Counted from the first letter of the stretch, positions 54,656 through 64,000 are shown. The stretch is DNA of 64,000 nucleotides from an uncultured Oligoflexia bacterium (GCA_964013565.1 CAXGWU010000011.1:121-64120); one strand, 5' to 3'. A program made the numbers and translations. The notes: generated by a model from the sequence alone, not told the origin.

Positions 54656-55150
54656 TTAGTGTAAGGTCGGTTTTTCAATTCCGTTTACAAGTGTCTGATC
54701 AATTTCTCTTGAGAGATCTGAGTTTTTTATGAGGTTTTCAATAAGGAAAAGGGATTCTTCTCCAAAAAATCCTCGTTTAAAGTGATTGGAGTTCTTTGAG
54801 GAATATTCAACCAGGGCTTGTGCTGCTATTTTTTGAATCTGTTGACTTTGGGAGAATTCAATAAAAAATATCAAACGATCACAAATGCCTAGCATATAGG
54901 CGTCAGTTACTTCGGGTTTTACAGAATCAAGGATCAGAGAGTTGTGTTCAAACATCCCGATTTTTTGAAGAGCTTCTATTTTTTCATCATGAGTTCCAGA
55001 GTGCGCTTTTTTGAATAGAGATTCGATTTTAAAGTCAGAAAAAGCATTATTTCGATTGGACCCAAAAAGTTCCCCGCAGGGAATTCCGTAAGATACTGAT
55101 GGTAAATTGCTAAAAAAGACTATGAAAATAAGTCCTTTGATACTTTTCAT
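54656..55150 (-). CDS. Hypothetical secreted protein
   Basis: Signal MKSIKGLIFIVFFSNLPSVSYG. Helical-repeat-like. Upstream of the candidate RiPP operon. Confidence 0.4.
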   Translation of the reverse strand: MKSIKGLIFIVFFSNLPSVSYGIPCGELFGSNRNNAFSDFKIESLFKKAHSGTHDEKIEALQKIGMFEHNSLILDSVKPEVTDAYMLGICDRLIFFIEFSQSQQIQKIAAQALVEYSSKNSNHFKRGFFGEESLFLIENLIKNSDLSREIDQTLVNGIEKPTLH

Positions 55151-55288
55151 GGATTTCCCCTTTGTTCCCTATAAGGGAGGGGTATGTTTACTTTTGCTAT
55201 GTGTCAAGTTTCTCTATATTACCTGTTCCTTTTAGTCTTTTATGGTTGTTTTGCTTGACTCTGGTCTCCATTTTTTTAAAACAACCCT

Positions 55289-56632
55289 ATGAATTCATCA
55301 CATTCTTCCCCTATTTCTTCTGCTCGATCCCTTAAGGCATTGAGTTCTTATCTTCACTCTATGATTCAAGGTCGACTTTGGGTGAAGGTTCTTCTTGGGC
55401 TTTTTTTTGGGACTTTTGTAGGAGTTCTTTTAGGACCGACCGTAGGTTTTGTTTCTGGTTCTGTCGCTCACTCAATTACCTCATGGCTTGCTTTTCCTGG
55501 ACAGTTATTTTTGGCCCTCATCAAAATGATTGTCATTCCCTTGGTTTTTGCTTCCATTGTAAAAGGTCTGACAGGAGGTGGATCTTTAGATCAGGTCAAG
55601 CGACTTGGCTTTTGGGCTCTTTTATATTTTATTGGAAGTACTTCAGTAGCCATTCTTATTGGAATGACATTAGCCGAATGGATACAACCCGGGCAGTACA
55701 TTGATCCTGCTTTATTAAAGTCTGTTGTGGGTGGGGTCGATGTATCTTCACAGGCAGCGAACACGGAATTTAATATCGCTGCAATTCCTCAGCAAATCAT
55801 AGGTTTACTTCCCAGTAATCCGTTGAACTCAATGGTTCAAAGTGAAATGATCCAAGTTGTTATTTTTGCAATGGTCATGGGCGTTGCTTTGATGATGATT
55901 CCTGTTCAACAGGCAAAACCTATGCAGGACTTGTTGGGATCACTTCAGGAAGTCTCAATGACTGTGGTAAAATGGGCGATGAAACTCGCTCCTTGGGCAG
56001 TTTTTGGACTCAGTACTCAAATTACCTCTAAGGTTGGTTTTCAGGCAATTGTAGGTCTTGGTGTTTATGTGGGAACGGTAGTGGGCGGTTTGTTTCTACT
56101 CCTTCTTTTTTATTTGATGATTGTATGGATATTCACCCGGCGATCTCCCTTGAGTTTTTTGTCTGAAAGTAAAGACCTCGCACTTTTAGCTTTTTCGACT
56201 TCTAGTTCCGCCGCAGTGATGCCTATGACTATTAAAGTTGCAGAAGAAAGGTTTAAGGTAAAAAGTTCAACCTCACAGTTTATTATTCCTTTAGGAGCAA
56301 CGGTTAACATGGATGGTACTGCTCTTTATCAAGGAGTTGCAGCTCTTTTTCTAGCTCAAGTTTTTGGTCTTTCTATTGGATTTGAGTCTAAAGTGATCAT
56401 CGTTTTAACTTCTGTAGGAGCATCGATAGGATCTCCAGCGACTCCTGGAGTAGGTATTGCTATTCTTTCTATGGTTCTGTCTTCAGCAGGAATTCCTCCA
56501 ATAGGAGTTGCTTTAATTATGGGTGTTGATCGAATTTTAGATATGTGTCGAACAGCTGTGAATGTTTTGGGAGATTTGACAGCAACTTTGGTTTTAGATC
56601 GGTTATCGAATAAAGAGTCTAAAGAAAATTAA
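55289..56632 (+). CDS. Dicarboxylate/amino-acid:cation symporter (DAACS, GltP/SstT-like)
   Basis: Polytopic, 447 aa. Conserved DAACS re-entrant loop regions (SSSAAVMPMT, GATVNMDGTALYQG). Confidence 0.8.
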   Translation: MNSSHSSPISSARSLKALSSYLHSMIQGRLWVKVLLGLFFGTFVGVLLGPTVGFVSGSVAHSITSWLAFPGQLFLALIKMIVIPLVFASIVKGLTGGGSLDQVKRLGFWALLYFIGSTSVAILIGMTLAEWIQPGQYIDPALLKSVVGGVDVSSQAANTEFNIAAIPQQIIGLLPSNPLNSMVQSEMIQVVIFAMVMGVALMMIPVQQAKPMQDLLGSLQEVSMTVVKWAMKLAPWAVFGLSTQITSKVGFQAIVGLGVYVGTVVGGLFLLLLFYLMIVWIFTRRSPLSFLSESKDLALLAFSTSSSAAVMPMTIKVAEERFKVKSSTSQFIIPLGATVNMDGTALYQGVAALFLAQVFGLSIGFESKVIIVLTSVGASIGSPATPGVGIAILSMVLSSAGIPPIGVALIMGVDRILDMCRTAVNVLGDLTATLVLDRLSNKESKEN

Positions 56633-56637
56633 ATCTG

Positions 56638-57783
56638 CTATTGAGAATCCAAAAGAAAAGCTTCGATTTTTTCTTTGTGGTTCATAGCGTCTCTTACTCC
56701 AAGTTCAATGACTGATTTTGTGTATTCTTTTTCAAATGCAAGACAGCTAATGAGATCTAAACTTCCTTCGTGATTAGAGCCAATGCCAGATAAGAGATAC
56801 CTTAATGTTCGAGGAAAGCGTTGAAGTGAACCTTCAGCATGGGCAGCAAGATCTTCGGATGGAGAAATATAAAGACAGTCTATTTTTTGTAACCCATCAG
56901 AAGAAACCTCTGTGGTTTCTAAGGTTCGGTTGATTCGAGAGAGTCTTTCTACATCAGCTTCAAGTGAATCAAGAAATAATCCATTTAATAAAACACCAGC
57001 AATGTTTGATAGGTGGACTTCATTCATTTTTCCCTCATTCATGGTGAGTAGTTCACTTCGAGTTTTTCTTTGTCTTACTCCGATTGCTAAGATTTTTTTT
57101 GCTCCTAAATGAATAGCAGGACTTAAAGGGTTTCTCATTCGAATCGCACCATCTCCATAAAAACTATCTTCTAGTTTGATGGGAGGAAAAAATACAGGAA
57201 TAGCAGAAGAAGCCATAATGTGCTCGATTCCAATTGAAACTTTACGTGAAATTCTATTGGAACGTATCCAGTCTTGGATTTTGTCATCTCCATTATAAAA
57301 AACAATTTCGGTTCCCGTTAAGTAATTTGTAGTTGATATTGCAATTCCAGATAAATTTTTATTTTGAATTGAGTTCTCAATATTTTTAAAGTTAATTTTT
57401 TTTTCCAAAAATTGCCCAAGAGGAGATGTGTCGAGAAGGTAGTTTGCAGGGGAGTGAGTTTCGGAGTTCATCGAAGTTTGGTAAATCCACTTAAATCCTG
57501 TTCGAGCTAAAGTTCCAAAACGAGTTGAAAAAATATCATCAAAGGCAATGGATTCCCAAAGCTCTGCAAGTTCATTTGCACCTTGATGAAAATCAGTGGA
57601 TTGAGCAGCAAGGAATGCACTGCTAATCGCTCCAGCAGAAGTCCCTGCAAGTACAGAAAATGGATTTCTTTTATTTTTACAAATGGCTGCAATGCCTTTA
57701 AGAACACCTGCTTGATATGCGCCTCTGGCTCCACCACCAGTTAGTACCAGTCCTGCTTTCATCAAAATCAAAAGTAAGCCCAA
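56638..57783 (-). CDS. Patatin-like phospholipase
   Basis: LVLTGGGARGAYQAGVLKG oxyanion-hole motif and GTSAGAISS catalytic serine (GxSxG). Confidence 0.75.
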   Translation of the reverse strand: MGLLLILMKAGLVLTGGGARGAYQAGVLKGIAAICKNKRNPFSVLAGTSAGAISSAFLAAQSTDFHQGANELAELWESIAFDDIFSTRFGTLARTGFKWIYQTSMNSETHSPANYLLDTSPLGQFLEKKINFKNIENSIQNKNLSGIAISTTNYLTGTEIVFYNGDDKIQDWIRSNRISRKVSIGIEHIMASSAIPVFFPPIKLEDSFYGDGAIRMRNPLSPAIHLGAKKILAIGVRQRKTRSELLTMNEGKMNEVHLSNIAGVLLNGLFLDSLEADVERLSRINRTLETTEVSSDGLQKIDCLYISPSEDLAAHAEGSLQRFPRTLRYLLSGIGSNHEGSLDLISCLAFEKEYTKSVIELGVRDAMNHKEKIEAFLLDSQ

Positions 57784-57861
57784 ATGAATAAAACAACAAC
57801 CCTATTTTTAAGAGAGGTTCAATCCATCAATTGTATGGAAATACAAATTAAATGCATTGCT

Positions 57862-58863
57862 TCAGAGTGTGCCAATAACAGTGTCAAAGAGTGGTGATTT
57901 TTCAATTTTGAGAGCTTCTGAAGTTGCGATGTGGAACATTGCATCTCCTTTATTCACAAGTGGAAGTTCTGTTTTTCCAATGATGATTCCATTGCGAGGA
58001 GCAATGACTTTTATTTTTTCTGAACCAAGAGGGTCAGAGATGGTAGCAATGGTTTGTCCTTTTCTAACGGTAGTCCCCAGGCGTTTCATACTGTTGACAG
58101 TTCCACTGTGAGGAGCTCTAATCCAAGAGCTTCCTTTGGCAATGTGAGTTTTATTTCGAGTTTTTTTGCCTTTAATCATTCCAATGGAGCGCATTACTGA
58201 GAGACAGCCTTGAACACCCATTTTTACCGTTTTTTCATCAATTCGAAGAGCTTCTCCACCCTCAAAAAGAAGCATTGGGATTTTCTTTTTTCTAGCAGCC
58301 TCTCTTAGAGAACCGTCTCTGACCTTTGAGTGAATGACGACGGGGGTTCCGAAGGCAAGGGCGAGTCTTTTTGTTTCTGGGTCATCAATGAAAGCTCTAA
58401 TTTGAGGCAGATTTTTTCGGTCTCGTCCTCCTGAGTGTAGATCAATCCCATGAGTACATTTTGCGACAATTTCTTTCATAAATAAGTTCGCAAGTTGAGC
58501 TGCAAGAGGGCCATTTTTTTTTCCGGGAAAACTTCGATTTAAATCTCTCCGATCTGGGAGGTATCTTGATTTATTGTTAAATCCAAAGATGTTTACGATG
58601 GGTGCAGCGATGAGCATTCCTTTTATTTCTTTTAATTCAGGACGTACTAACAATCTTCGTATAATCTCTGTTCCTACAATTTCATCTCCGTGAATTGCGG
58701 CAGAAATAAAGAGTCGAGGTCCTTTTGTTTTTCCTCTCATGACCCGAATAGGTAAATCGAGATTCGTAAAATCATAGAGTTTTGCAAGACTGAGTTGAAA
58801 TGATGCAGATTCTCCTGGTGCAACTTCTTTTCCTTCAAATTTATAAAACTTAGTCTTTGACAC
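57862..58863 (-). CDS. Succinylglutamate desuccinylase/aspartoacylase (AstE/AspA) family zinc hydrolase
   Basis: LFISAAIHGDEIVGTEI zinc-binding motif. 333 aa. The gene is adjacent to rimK and a DUF785 protease, a recurrent trio. Confidence 0.65.
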   Translation of the reverse strand: MSKTKFYKFEGKEVAPGESASFQLSLAKLYDFTNLDLPIRVMRGKTKGPRLFISAAIHGDEIVGTEIIRRLLVRPELKEIKGMLIAAPIVNIFGFNNKSRYLPDRRDLNRSFPGKKNGPLAAQLANLFMKEIVAKCTHGIDLHSGGRDRKNLPQIRAFIDDPETKRLALAFGTPVVIHSKVRDGSLREAARKKKIPMLLFEGGEALRIDEKTVKMGVQGCLSVMRSIGMIKGKKTRNKTHIAKGSSWIRAPHSGTVNSMKRLGTTVRKGQTIATISDPLGSEKIKVIAPRNGIIIGKTELPLVNKGDAMFHIATSEALKIEKSPLFDTVIGTL

Positions 58864-58880
58864 TTTGGTGTAGCCCTTTC

Positions 58881-59786
58881 TTATCCTTTAGAACGACTGG
58901 TTGGTTTTCCGGTTTTTGCTTGTTTTTCTATAAAAGCGATAATCATTGCTGCAACATCTTTTCCAGTATATTTTTCAATACCTTCAAGACCTGGCGAAGA
59001 ATTGACTTCCATGACAACCGGTCCACGGTTTGAACGAAGAATATCAACTCCTGATACATTAAGTCCCATTGCTTTTGCGGCTCTCACAGCTGTACTTCGT
59101 TCTTCTGGTGTGATTTTAACGGATGTAGCCGAACCTCCTCGATGAAGGTTTGATCTAAAGTCACCTTCGGTTCCTTGTCTTTTCATTGCTGCCACTACTT
59201 TATCTCCAATGACGAAGCATCGAATGTCAGTACCTCCAGCTTCTTTGATATATTCTTGAATCAAAAAATGGGCTTTAAGCTTTCTGAAAGCTTCAATCAC
59301 ACTTTCAGCAGCTTTTTTTGTTTCAGTAAGAACAACTCCTTTTCCTTGAGTTCCCTCAAGGAGCTTGATGACGAGAGGCGCTCCACCGACCACCTTAATA
59401 AGGTCATCTGTTGATTGAGTCGAGTGAGCAAACCCAGTTACTGGAAGTCCAACTCCTTTTTTGGCAAGTACTTGAAGTGATCGAAGTTTGTCTCTTGAGC
59501 GTGATATCGCAATAGAATCATTGATGGAATAAGTCCCTGACATTTCAAACTGTCGAACAATTGCTGTTCCATAAAAAGTAACGGAGGCTCCGATTCTTGG
59601 AATAACAGCATCAAAGTCATCGAGAACTCGTCCTCGATAGTGAACTTCAGGTTTGTGAGATGTGATATTCACGTAGCATTTTAGAAAATCTATCACTTCA
59701 ACTTGATGACCTTTTTTTTCTGCTGCTTCAACCAATCGATTGGTTGAATAAAGTTCTTTTTTACGTGATAGAATAGCAATTTTCAT
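58881..59786 (-). CDS. rimK: RimK-type alpha-L-glutamate ligase (ATP-grasp)
   Basis: [34 protein letters not shown]-terminus. [17 protein letters not shown] lysine loop. [26 protein letters not shown] Mg motif. Confidence 0.85.
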   Translation of the reverse strand: MKIAILSRKKELYSTNRLVEAAEKKGHQVEVIDFLKCYVNITSHKPEVHYRGRVLDDFDAVIPRIGASVTFYGTAIVRQFEMSGTYSINDSIAISRSRDKLRSLQVLAKKGVGLPVTGFAHSTQSTDDLIKVVGGAPLVIKLLEGTQGKGVVLTETKKAAESVIEAFRKLKAHFLIQEYIKEAGGTDIRCFVIGDKVVAAMKRQGTEGDFRSNLHRGGSATSVKITPEERSTAVRAAKAMGLNVSGVDILRSNRGPVVMEVNSSPGLEGIEKYTGKDVAAMIIAFIEKQAKTGKPTSRSKG

Positions 59787-60250
59787 TTCTTTTTCACCTT
59801 TCGAGTTTTAGATTTTTTACGTTTCTTGAGAAGAAATGAACTTCCGGTATCAATTAAAAATCTTTTTCTAATAGCCTCTCTGCCGAGGAGCATACGAAAC
59901 CCCATCATATCTCGGTTTACAAGAGTAATTTCAATTGGAAACTCTTCGTCACCCATTTTTATTTTTGTTCGGACAACAGGACGTTTGTCTCTAGATCCAT
60001 TTGAACTTTTGACCCATCGATACTCAAGGACATGTGCTTTTACCTCAATGCTGGGGTTTGCGTCGTGCTGATTTGGGTGAATGGTGAAGATCACGTTTCT
60101 TCCTGATTTCTTTAAGTGGGAAACATGAAGTGCAGAGGTTCGTGCTCCTGAGTCAACTTTTACTTTAATTTCTGAAACGTCAAATAAAGGGAGTTCAACC
60201 CACTCTCGCCAGCCAATGGTTTTTAATTCTGATTTCTTTTTCTTAATCAT
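59783..60250 (-). CDS. RimK-associated retropepsin-like aspartic protease (DUF785 / 'ATP-dependent zinc protease' family)
   Basis: [12 protein letters not shown]…[13 protein letters not shown] matches the DUF785 layout (DSGA aspartyl motif). 4-nt overlap with rimK. Confidence 0.6.
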   Translation of the reverse strand: MIKKKKSELKTIGWREWVELPLFDVSEIKVKVDSGARTSALHVSHLKKSGRNVIFTIHPNQHDANPSIEVKAHVLEYRWVKSSNGSRDKRPVVRTKIKMGDEEFPIEITLVNRDMMGFRMLLGREAIRKRFLIDTGSSFLLKKRKKSKTRKVKKK

Positions 60251-61476
60251 TGAGGTTCTCCAAACCGTTTTTCAAATGCGAGGTAAGGAATGCGAGCAAC
60301 ATAGAGACCAAATGTTATACTTGCAGCAATTGTGAGTACTTGAAAACCAATTTCAGTAATTTTGTGTTGCATACCACTACTAAAACTAAAAAAAGAGGAA
60401 AGGGCTAAGAAACCAGGCAGCAATGAGAAAATTCCTGGAACTGAGAAAATTTGACTCGGAGTTTTAAAAAGTCTCCCAAATCCAAGACTGATTAATCCAA
60501 CCAGCAGAGCGGGGAGAAAAGTCCCAAGAATGAGGAATTTCATTCCTGCAAGAGTGATCATTAAACCCCATCCTGAAACTCCAGTAATGACTGCAAAAGG
60601 TAGGAGTTTTAATGGGATTTTAAAAATTAAACCAAATGCTGAAATCAAAAATGGAATTCCAATAAATTGTTCAACGAGAGTCGTTGTGCTTCCGCTACTC
60701 GTGTAAGGAGATCCTAATCCAAGTAGTTTTGATAAGTCATGGGTAAGAAAAAAAGCACATCCCATCGCAACTAAAATAAGAACCCCTTTCATTGTTTTTG
60801 CGGTTCCAGATACAAAATTATGTTCTGCTAATTCACTCACTGCATTTGTGAGTGTAAGTCCAGGGACCAAAAAGACAAGAGGCCCAATCACAATGGCTTC
60901 AATGGGGATTTTCATCCACCATGCGATCAGTCCACCAATGGAAAGAGCTAAAAAAGAACTCAAGAAGTCTGATAGAATTCCTGAGAGTTGCCAAAAACGA
61001 GAGATAGGCCCAGAAAGAGATGCAATTCCTGCAGTAATGATTCCACTGAGCAAGCAGGTAATCCCCCATCCAAATTGTGAGTAACTTACAGAAGCTCCTG
61101 CTACAAAAGCAGCCGAGAAAAGACTCCAAGAAGAAAGTTCGGGGATTCGTTGATTAATTTCTATTTTTCCGGCCTTTAAACTTTCTTCGTCTCCAGAAAG
61201 TGAGTCAAGCAAGCCTTCAAGTCGAACGACTTCACCTAAGTGAGTTGTGCCTCCTTTAATTCTTTGAAGAACAGTAACGCCGGTGGATCCCTCTTTTGAA
61301 GAACTAATGAAAATCCCAGTGGGAGTTGCAAAAACTTCGACTTCTAGTCCTGCTCTGTTTCCAAGAGCGGTTAATCCATCTTCTAATCGAGAGGTGGGGC
61401 CCCCGTTTTCGATATAAGACGAGCCAAAGGGGGCTGCAAATTTTATAAAAGTTTCTTCAATTTTTTTTTCCATCAA
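60247..61476 (-). CDS. ThrE-family (DUF1212/DUF3815) putative threonine/serine exporter
   Basis: Cytoplasmic N-terminal domain followed by about 10 TM helices. 4-nt overlap with the upstream gene. Confidence 0.5.
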   Translation of the reverse strand: MMEKKIEETFIKFAAPFGSSYIENGGPTSRLEDGLTALGNRAGLEVEVFATPTGIFISSSKEGSTGVTVLQRIKGGTTHLGEVVRLEGLLDSLSGDEESLKAGKIEINQRIPELSSWSLFSAAFVAGASVSYSQFGWGITCLLSGIITAGIASLSGPISRFWQLSGILSDFLSSFLALSIGGLIAWWMKIPIEAIVIGPLVFLVPGLTLTNAVSELAEHNFVSGTAKTMKGVLILVAMGCAFFLTHDLSKLLGLGSPYTSSGSTTTLVEQFIGIPFLISAFGLIFKIPLKLLPFAVITGVSGWGLMITLAGMKFLILGTFLPALLVGLISLGFGRLFKTPSQIFSVPGIFSLLPGFLALSSFFSFSSGMQHKITEIGFQVLTIAASITFGLYVARIPYLAFEKRFGEPQ

Positions 61477-61513
61477 GTGAGTTATTTATAACAAAGTTAA
61501 CTCTTCAAGAGTA

Positions 61514-62221
61514 CTAGATATTTTCAGGCGTTTTAGATTCCATTTTCAGTAACCACAGCCTCACGCTTTCTTTAAGTTTTCCATCGGGCTGTTCAAATTC
61601 TCCATAGATTCCATAGGTCGTACAATCGGTGTGTAACCATGTTCGAATGACTTTGACGGTACGATCTTCTGGATCAAGGTCTTCAAAAAATACCCCATCA
61701 AGTTCAATTTTTGTTCCTTTTGCGATTAGGTGGTTTGAACGAAGAGTGACTCCAAGGAGGTCAACTTCTTCTATCTCTGCAGAAAAAGACACTGTTGCAG
61801 GAGATCCACCTCCTGGCACTTGTTTTAGGTCAATTTCTGACTGATTTATTTTTTCAGTTCTAAAATACCGAGATATTTTAGAGGCTGTTATTTTGGGATT
61901 GAAAGGTTTGATAAAACAATCGTTTGCTCCCTTTTCAATCGCATGAGCAAGAGCTTTTGTGTCACATGAATTTGCGGTAACAAAAATAGGAAAATCATTA
62001 CCAATTGAACGGCGAATTGCTTTAATGAGACTTAGCCCGAGTGAGCGCTCCATTGTATTGAGGTCGATCAAGCATGCATTGGGTTTTTTAGATCGAAGTT
62101 CTTTAATAAAAGACTCTGGGTCTTTTGTGAAAATTCCAGTAATACCGAGACTTTTAAAGAGATCTTTTGAAGATTCAGAAGAATTTGATTCGTTATCGAG
62201 GGCAACAATTAAAGGTTCCAT
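61514..62221 (-). CDS. Receiver-domain protein with uncharacterised C-terminal beta-domain (possibly PilZ-like)
   Basis: Receiver-like N-terminus: IVALDNES…ACLIDLNTMERSLGLSLIKAIR…FPIFVTANS. The C-terminal domain was not confidently assigned. Confidence 0.45.
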   Translation of the reverse strand: MEPLIVALDNESNSSESSKDLFKSLGITGIFTKDPESFIKELRSKKPNACLIDLNTMERSLGLSLIKAIRRSIGNDFPIFVTANSCDTKALAHAIEKGANDCFIKPFNPKITASKISRYFRTEKINQSEIDLKQVPGGGSPATVSFSAEIEEVDLLGVTLRSNHLIAKGTKIELDGVFFEDLDPEDRTVKVIRTWLHTDCTTYGIYGEFEQPDGKLKESVRLWLLKMESKTPENI

Positions 62222-62940
62222 TTGCGAGCCCCCCAGTGTCGGATCAGTCTTTTAATTTTAAGAGCATTTTCTTCATCCATCCCTACAAAAACAACTTCAT
62301 CAGAAAAAACCCCTGTAGAAACTTGATAAGGAGGTCGGTGCGTGGTTTTCATAAATACATCTGATATTTCTAGTTCTTTAAACACCGGGCAATCGACTGT
62401 GACTGGAGTTTCCATTTTGATTTTTACAGGACTTTCTAATACAAAGGCAGCTTCTGAAAGTAATTTTACCCACCCAGTTGTTTTTACCGTGACTTCTCTA
62501 TTTTGGCTTTCAGAGAATTTAAAGCATTTAAAAGAAGGTTCTTTGAGAAACTTTGAAACTTGAGCTGCTACCACCTGTTTTTCATAAGGTTTTTTTAAAA
62601 AAGATACAGCGCCTAATACGGTTCCTCTAAGCTGTCGGATTTCGTCTTTGTGGTCTACTGATACGATCACCGGAATTTTTGATAAGACTACGTCAGAAGC
62701 TCTTTTTTCTAAAAAGATAAAACCATTTCTAAGTGGAAGTTCAAGATCTAAAATAATCAGGTCGGGACTGATTGCTTTTGCCTGTTCAAAACCATCGTTG
62801 TAATCTGAGATAAAGTGACATGAATATTTACTTAAAGCTTTACGAAGCTGTTCTCTATTTCTTGCGTCATCTTCTATAATAAGAATTGTTGATTTTTGTG
62901 TCACATTACTAAGTGTACGGTACTTCTTTGTATTGAGCAA
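62209..62940 (-). CDS. Receiver-domain protein with uncharacterised C-terminal domain (paralogue-like neighbour of 61514-62221)
   Basis: ILIIEDDARNREQL…PDLIILDLELPLRNGFIF…IPVIVSVD receiver motifs. Similar size and layout to the adjacent gene. Confidence 0.5.
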   Translation of the reverse strand: MLNTKKYRTLSNVTQKSTILIIEDDARNREQLRKALSKYSCHFISDYNDGFEQAKAISPDLIILDLELPLRNGFIFLEKRASDVVLSKIPVIVSVDHKDEIRQLRGTVLGAVSFLKKPYEKQVVAAQVSKFLKEPSFKCFKFSESQNREVTVKTTGWVKLLSEAAFVLESPVKIKMETPVTVDCPVFKELEISDVFMKTTHRPPYQVSTGVFSDEVVFVGMDEENALKIKRLIRHWGARKWNL

Positions 62941-63000
62941 TTTTCAATAACAAAGAATAGATCTTTTGACAGATGGCTAAGAGAATCGTAGCTTGTATTC

Positions 63001-63351
63001 ATGTCAGAAGAAAATCAAACGTGTCCAAAATGTCAATCAAGTTACGCCTATCCAGATGGATCACTTTGGATTTGTCCAGAGTGTTTTCATGAATGGACAT
63101 TAGATAACAGTGACAATACAACCCAAGATTTAAATCCATTTATGGATGTAAATGGAACACCGTTAGTTGATGGTGATTCAGTCACTTTGGTAAAAGATTT
63201 AAAGCTTGGAAAAGATATATTAAAATCTGGAACCAAGGTCAAAAATATCAAATTGTTAGATCAGCCTGTTAACGATCATGATATCTCATGTAAAATTCCA
63301 GGATTCGGTTCAGCATATTTAAAATGTTCTGTCGTAAAAAAATCAAAGTAA
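63001..63351 (+). CDS. phnA: PhnA/YjdC-family zinc-ribbon protein
   Basis: CPKCQSSYAYPDGSLWICPEC zinc ribbon plus C-terminal …GDSVTLVKDLKLG…GTKVKNIKL…HDISCKIPGFG, matching the PhnA pattern. Confidence 0.7.
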   Translation: MSEENQTCPKCQSSYAYPDGSLWICPECFHEWTLDNSDNTTQDLNPFMDVNGTPLVDGDSVTLVKDLKLGKDILKSGTKVKNIKLLDQPVNDHDISCKIPGFGSAYLKCSVVKKSK

Positions 63352-63386
63352 ATTTTTAATATGAGATTTGAGTTTTTCTAGATTCA

Positions 63387-63737
63387 TCAAAATTTACAAC
63401 GGAGAGCTTCTACCTGAACAATTGCCTGGGATTGTGCAGTTAAAACATTTCCGGTTTTAAGTAGTCCTGAAATGATGCTGTCACTAGAAATGATTCTCAT
63501 TCCATTTCCACCGATTTTAGCAACCTTGTTTCGAGCCTCATTCATTGCATTTTCACGGTCTTCAGCAGTATCCCAACCCATATCATTGGAGGTGGTGATG
63601 ATATCGATCATTTCGCAGTATTTTTCTTTTTGACTCTCTGTCACCAGTGTGACCTCACGCCCTTCTTTTGTGAGGGTTGTAGTGCATGAAGATAATAATG
63701 GGCCGATTAACAGGAGTGAAAATTTACAAGCGTTCAT
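63387..63737 (-). CDS. Hypothetical lipoprotein
   Basis: MNACKFSLLLIGPLLSSCTT lipobox. 116 aa. Confidence 0.4.
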   Translation of the reverse strand: MNACKFSLLLIGPLLSSCTTTLTKEGREVTLVTESQKEKYCEMIDIITTSNDMGWDTAEDRENAMNEARNKVAKIGGNGMRIISSDSIISGLLKTGNVLTAQSQAIVQVEALRCKF

Positions 63738-64000
63738 AATTTTCCTTTATTTAAAATCCAACTCCTTCAGGTTGGGAGTATATTGCTAGGGCAAATCTCT
63801 AGCAATTCTACTCTCCTTATAGCTTGAAGGTACTGTAAAGTGTATCTTCCCTTGTGCCCCAAAACCCTCCATCATTCTTCGCTCCAGTGTGCTCTGTTTT
63901 GCTCTTAGGGCTGGAGACATGTTCAGGTCACTTGAACGTCGATTGAGGGATCAAGATTAAGCTGACGTGCAAGAATCGCTTGGCTGATTTTTTTCTCTAA

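Noticed and set aside
56638-57783. Patatin-like phospholipase as a possible CBASS-type defence effector
   Set aside because: No cyclase/nucleotidyltransferase, E1/E2-like or other CBASS partner genes are adjacent. The neighbours are a DAACS transporter and an AstE-like gene, so a housekeeping lipase is more likely.

Overview
This is a 64 kb low-GC (about 40%) bacterial chromosome segment. Gene content suggests a Gram-negative organism, possibly a Bdellovibrio-like predator of the Bacteriovoracaceae type, though that is speculation drawn only from the many secreted hydrolases and lipoproteins, a PolX polymerase, and DUF1592/DUF1552 pairs. All annotation below rests on reading the sequence and matching family motifs from memory; no database searches were run.

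The window has three parts.

(1) Positions 1-5800 form an accessory island dense in type II toxin-antitoxin modules.
- It holds a MqsA-like zinc-ribbon/HTH antitoxin with no MqsR partner, and an unknown small-protein/XRE pair.
- A C-terminal HigB remnant sits upstream of an intact HigA.
- An N-truncated, frameshifted HI1419-type killer sits upstream of an intact HI1420-type antidote, and a second frameshifted copy of that antidote lies at 236-484.
- A RelE/ParE gene broken by at least three frameshifts sits upstream of an intact XRE antitoxin. That antitoxin overlaps by ATGA the start of an HExxH membrane protein.
- A further 75-bp HigB-like fragment at 1176-1250 is paralogous to 3500-3570.
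- In three of the modules the toxin has decayed and the antitoxin is retained.

(2) Positions 5850-49300 are core chromosome.
- Central metabolism: the gap-pgk-tpiA operon, a LYS9-like/LYS1-like saccharopine dehydrogenase pair next to a divergent FAD oxidoreductase, and a long orphan urocanase (hutU).
- DNA repair: endonuclease III (nth), DinG-type helicase with an N-terminal DEDDh exonuclease, uracil-DNA glycosylase (ung) and RNase D (rnd).
- Other housekeeping genes: BolA and monothiol glutaredoxin, a second glutaredoxin, a cation/proton antiporter, Slt lytic transglycosylase, acyl-CoA ligase, RF3 (prfC), a DAACS symporter, patatin, a RimK/retropepsin-like protease (DUF785)/AstE-AspA trio, a ThrE-like exporter, tandem receiver (REC)-domain proteins, and PhnA.
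- Unusual domain architectures: a PolX/PHP polymerase with a roughly 200-aa lysine-rich histone-H1-like N-terminal tail, and an MFS transporter carrying an inserted PDZ-like domain.
- The rest are secreted hypotheticals.

(3) Positions 49332-54386 hold a six-gene minus-strand operon that is visibly more AT-rich than its flanks and is translationally coupled. It encodes:
- a 60-aa peptide with a leader followed by three tandem 7-aa repeats, GGSDG(K/V)E;
- two ATP-grasp ligases;
- an ABC exporter (TMD-NBD) whose C-terminus is a Lon-type S16 Ser-Lys peptidase domain rather than the usual N-terminal C39 peptidase;
- two small secreted proteins.
I read this as a candidate new graspetide-type (omega-ester/omega-amide) RiPP cluster with an unusual Lon-fused transporter, and it is the most interesting element in the window.
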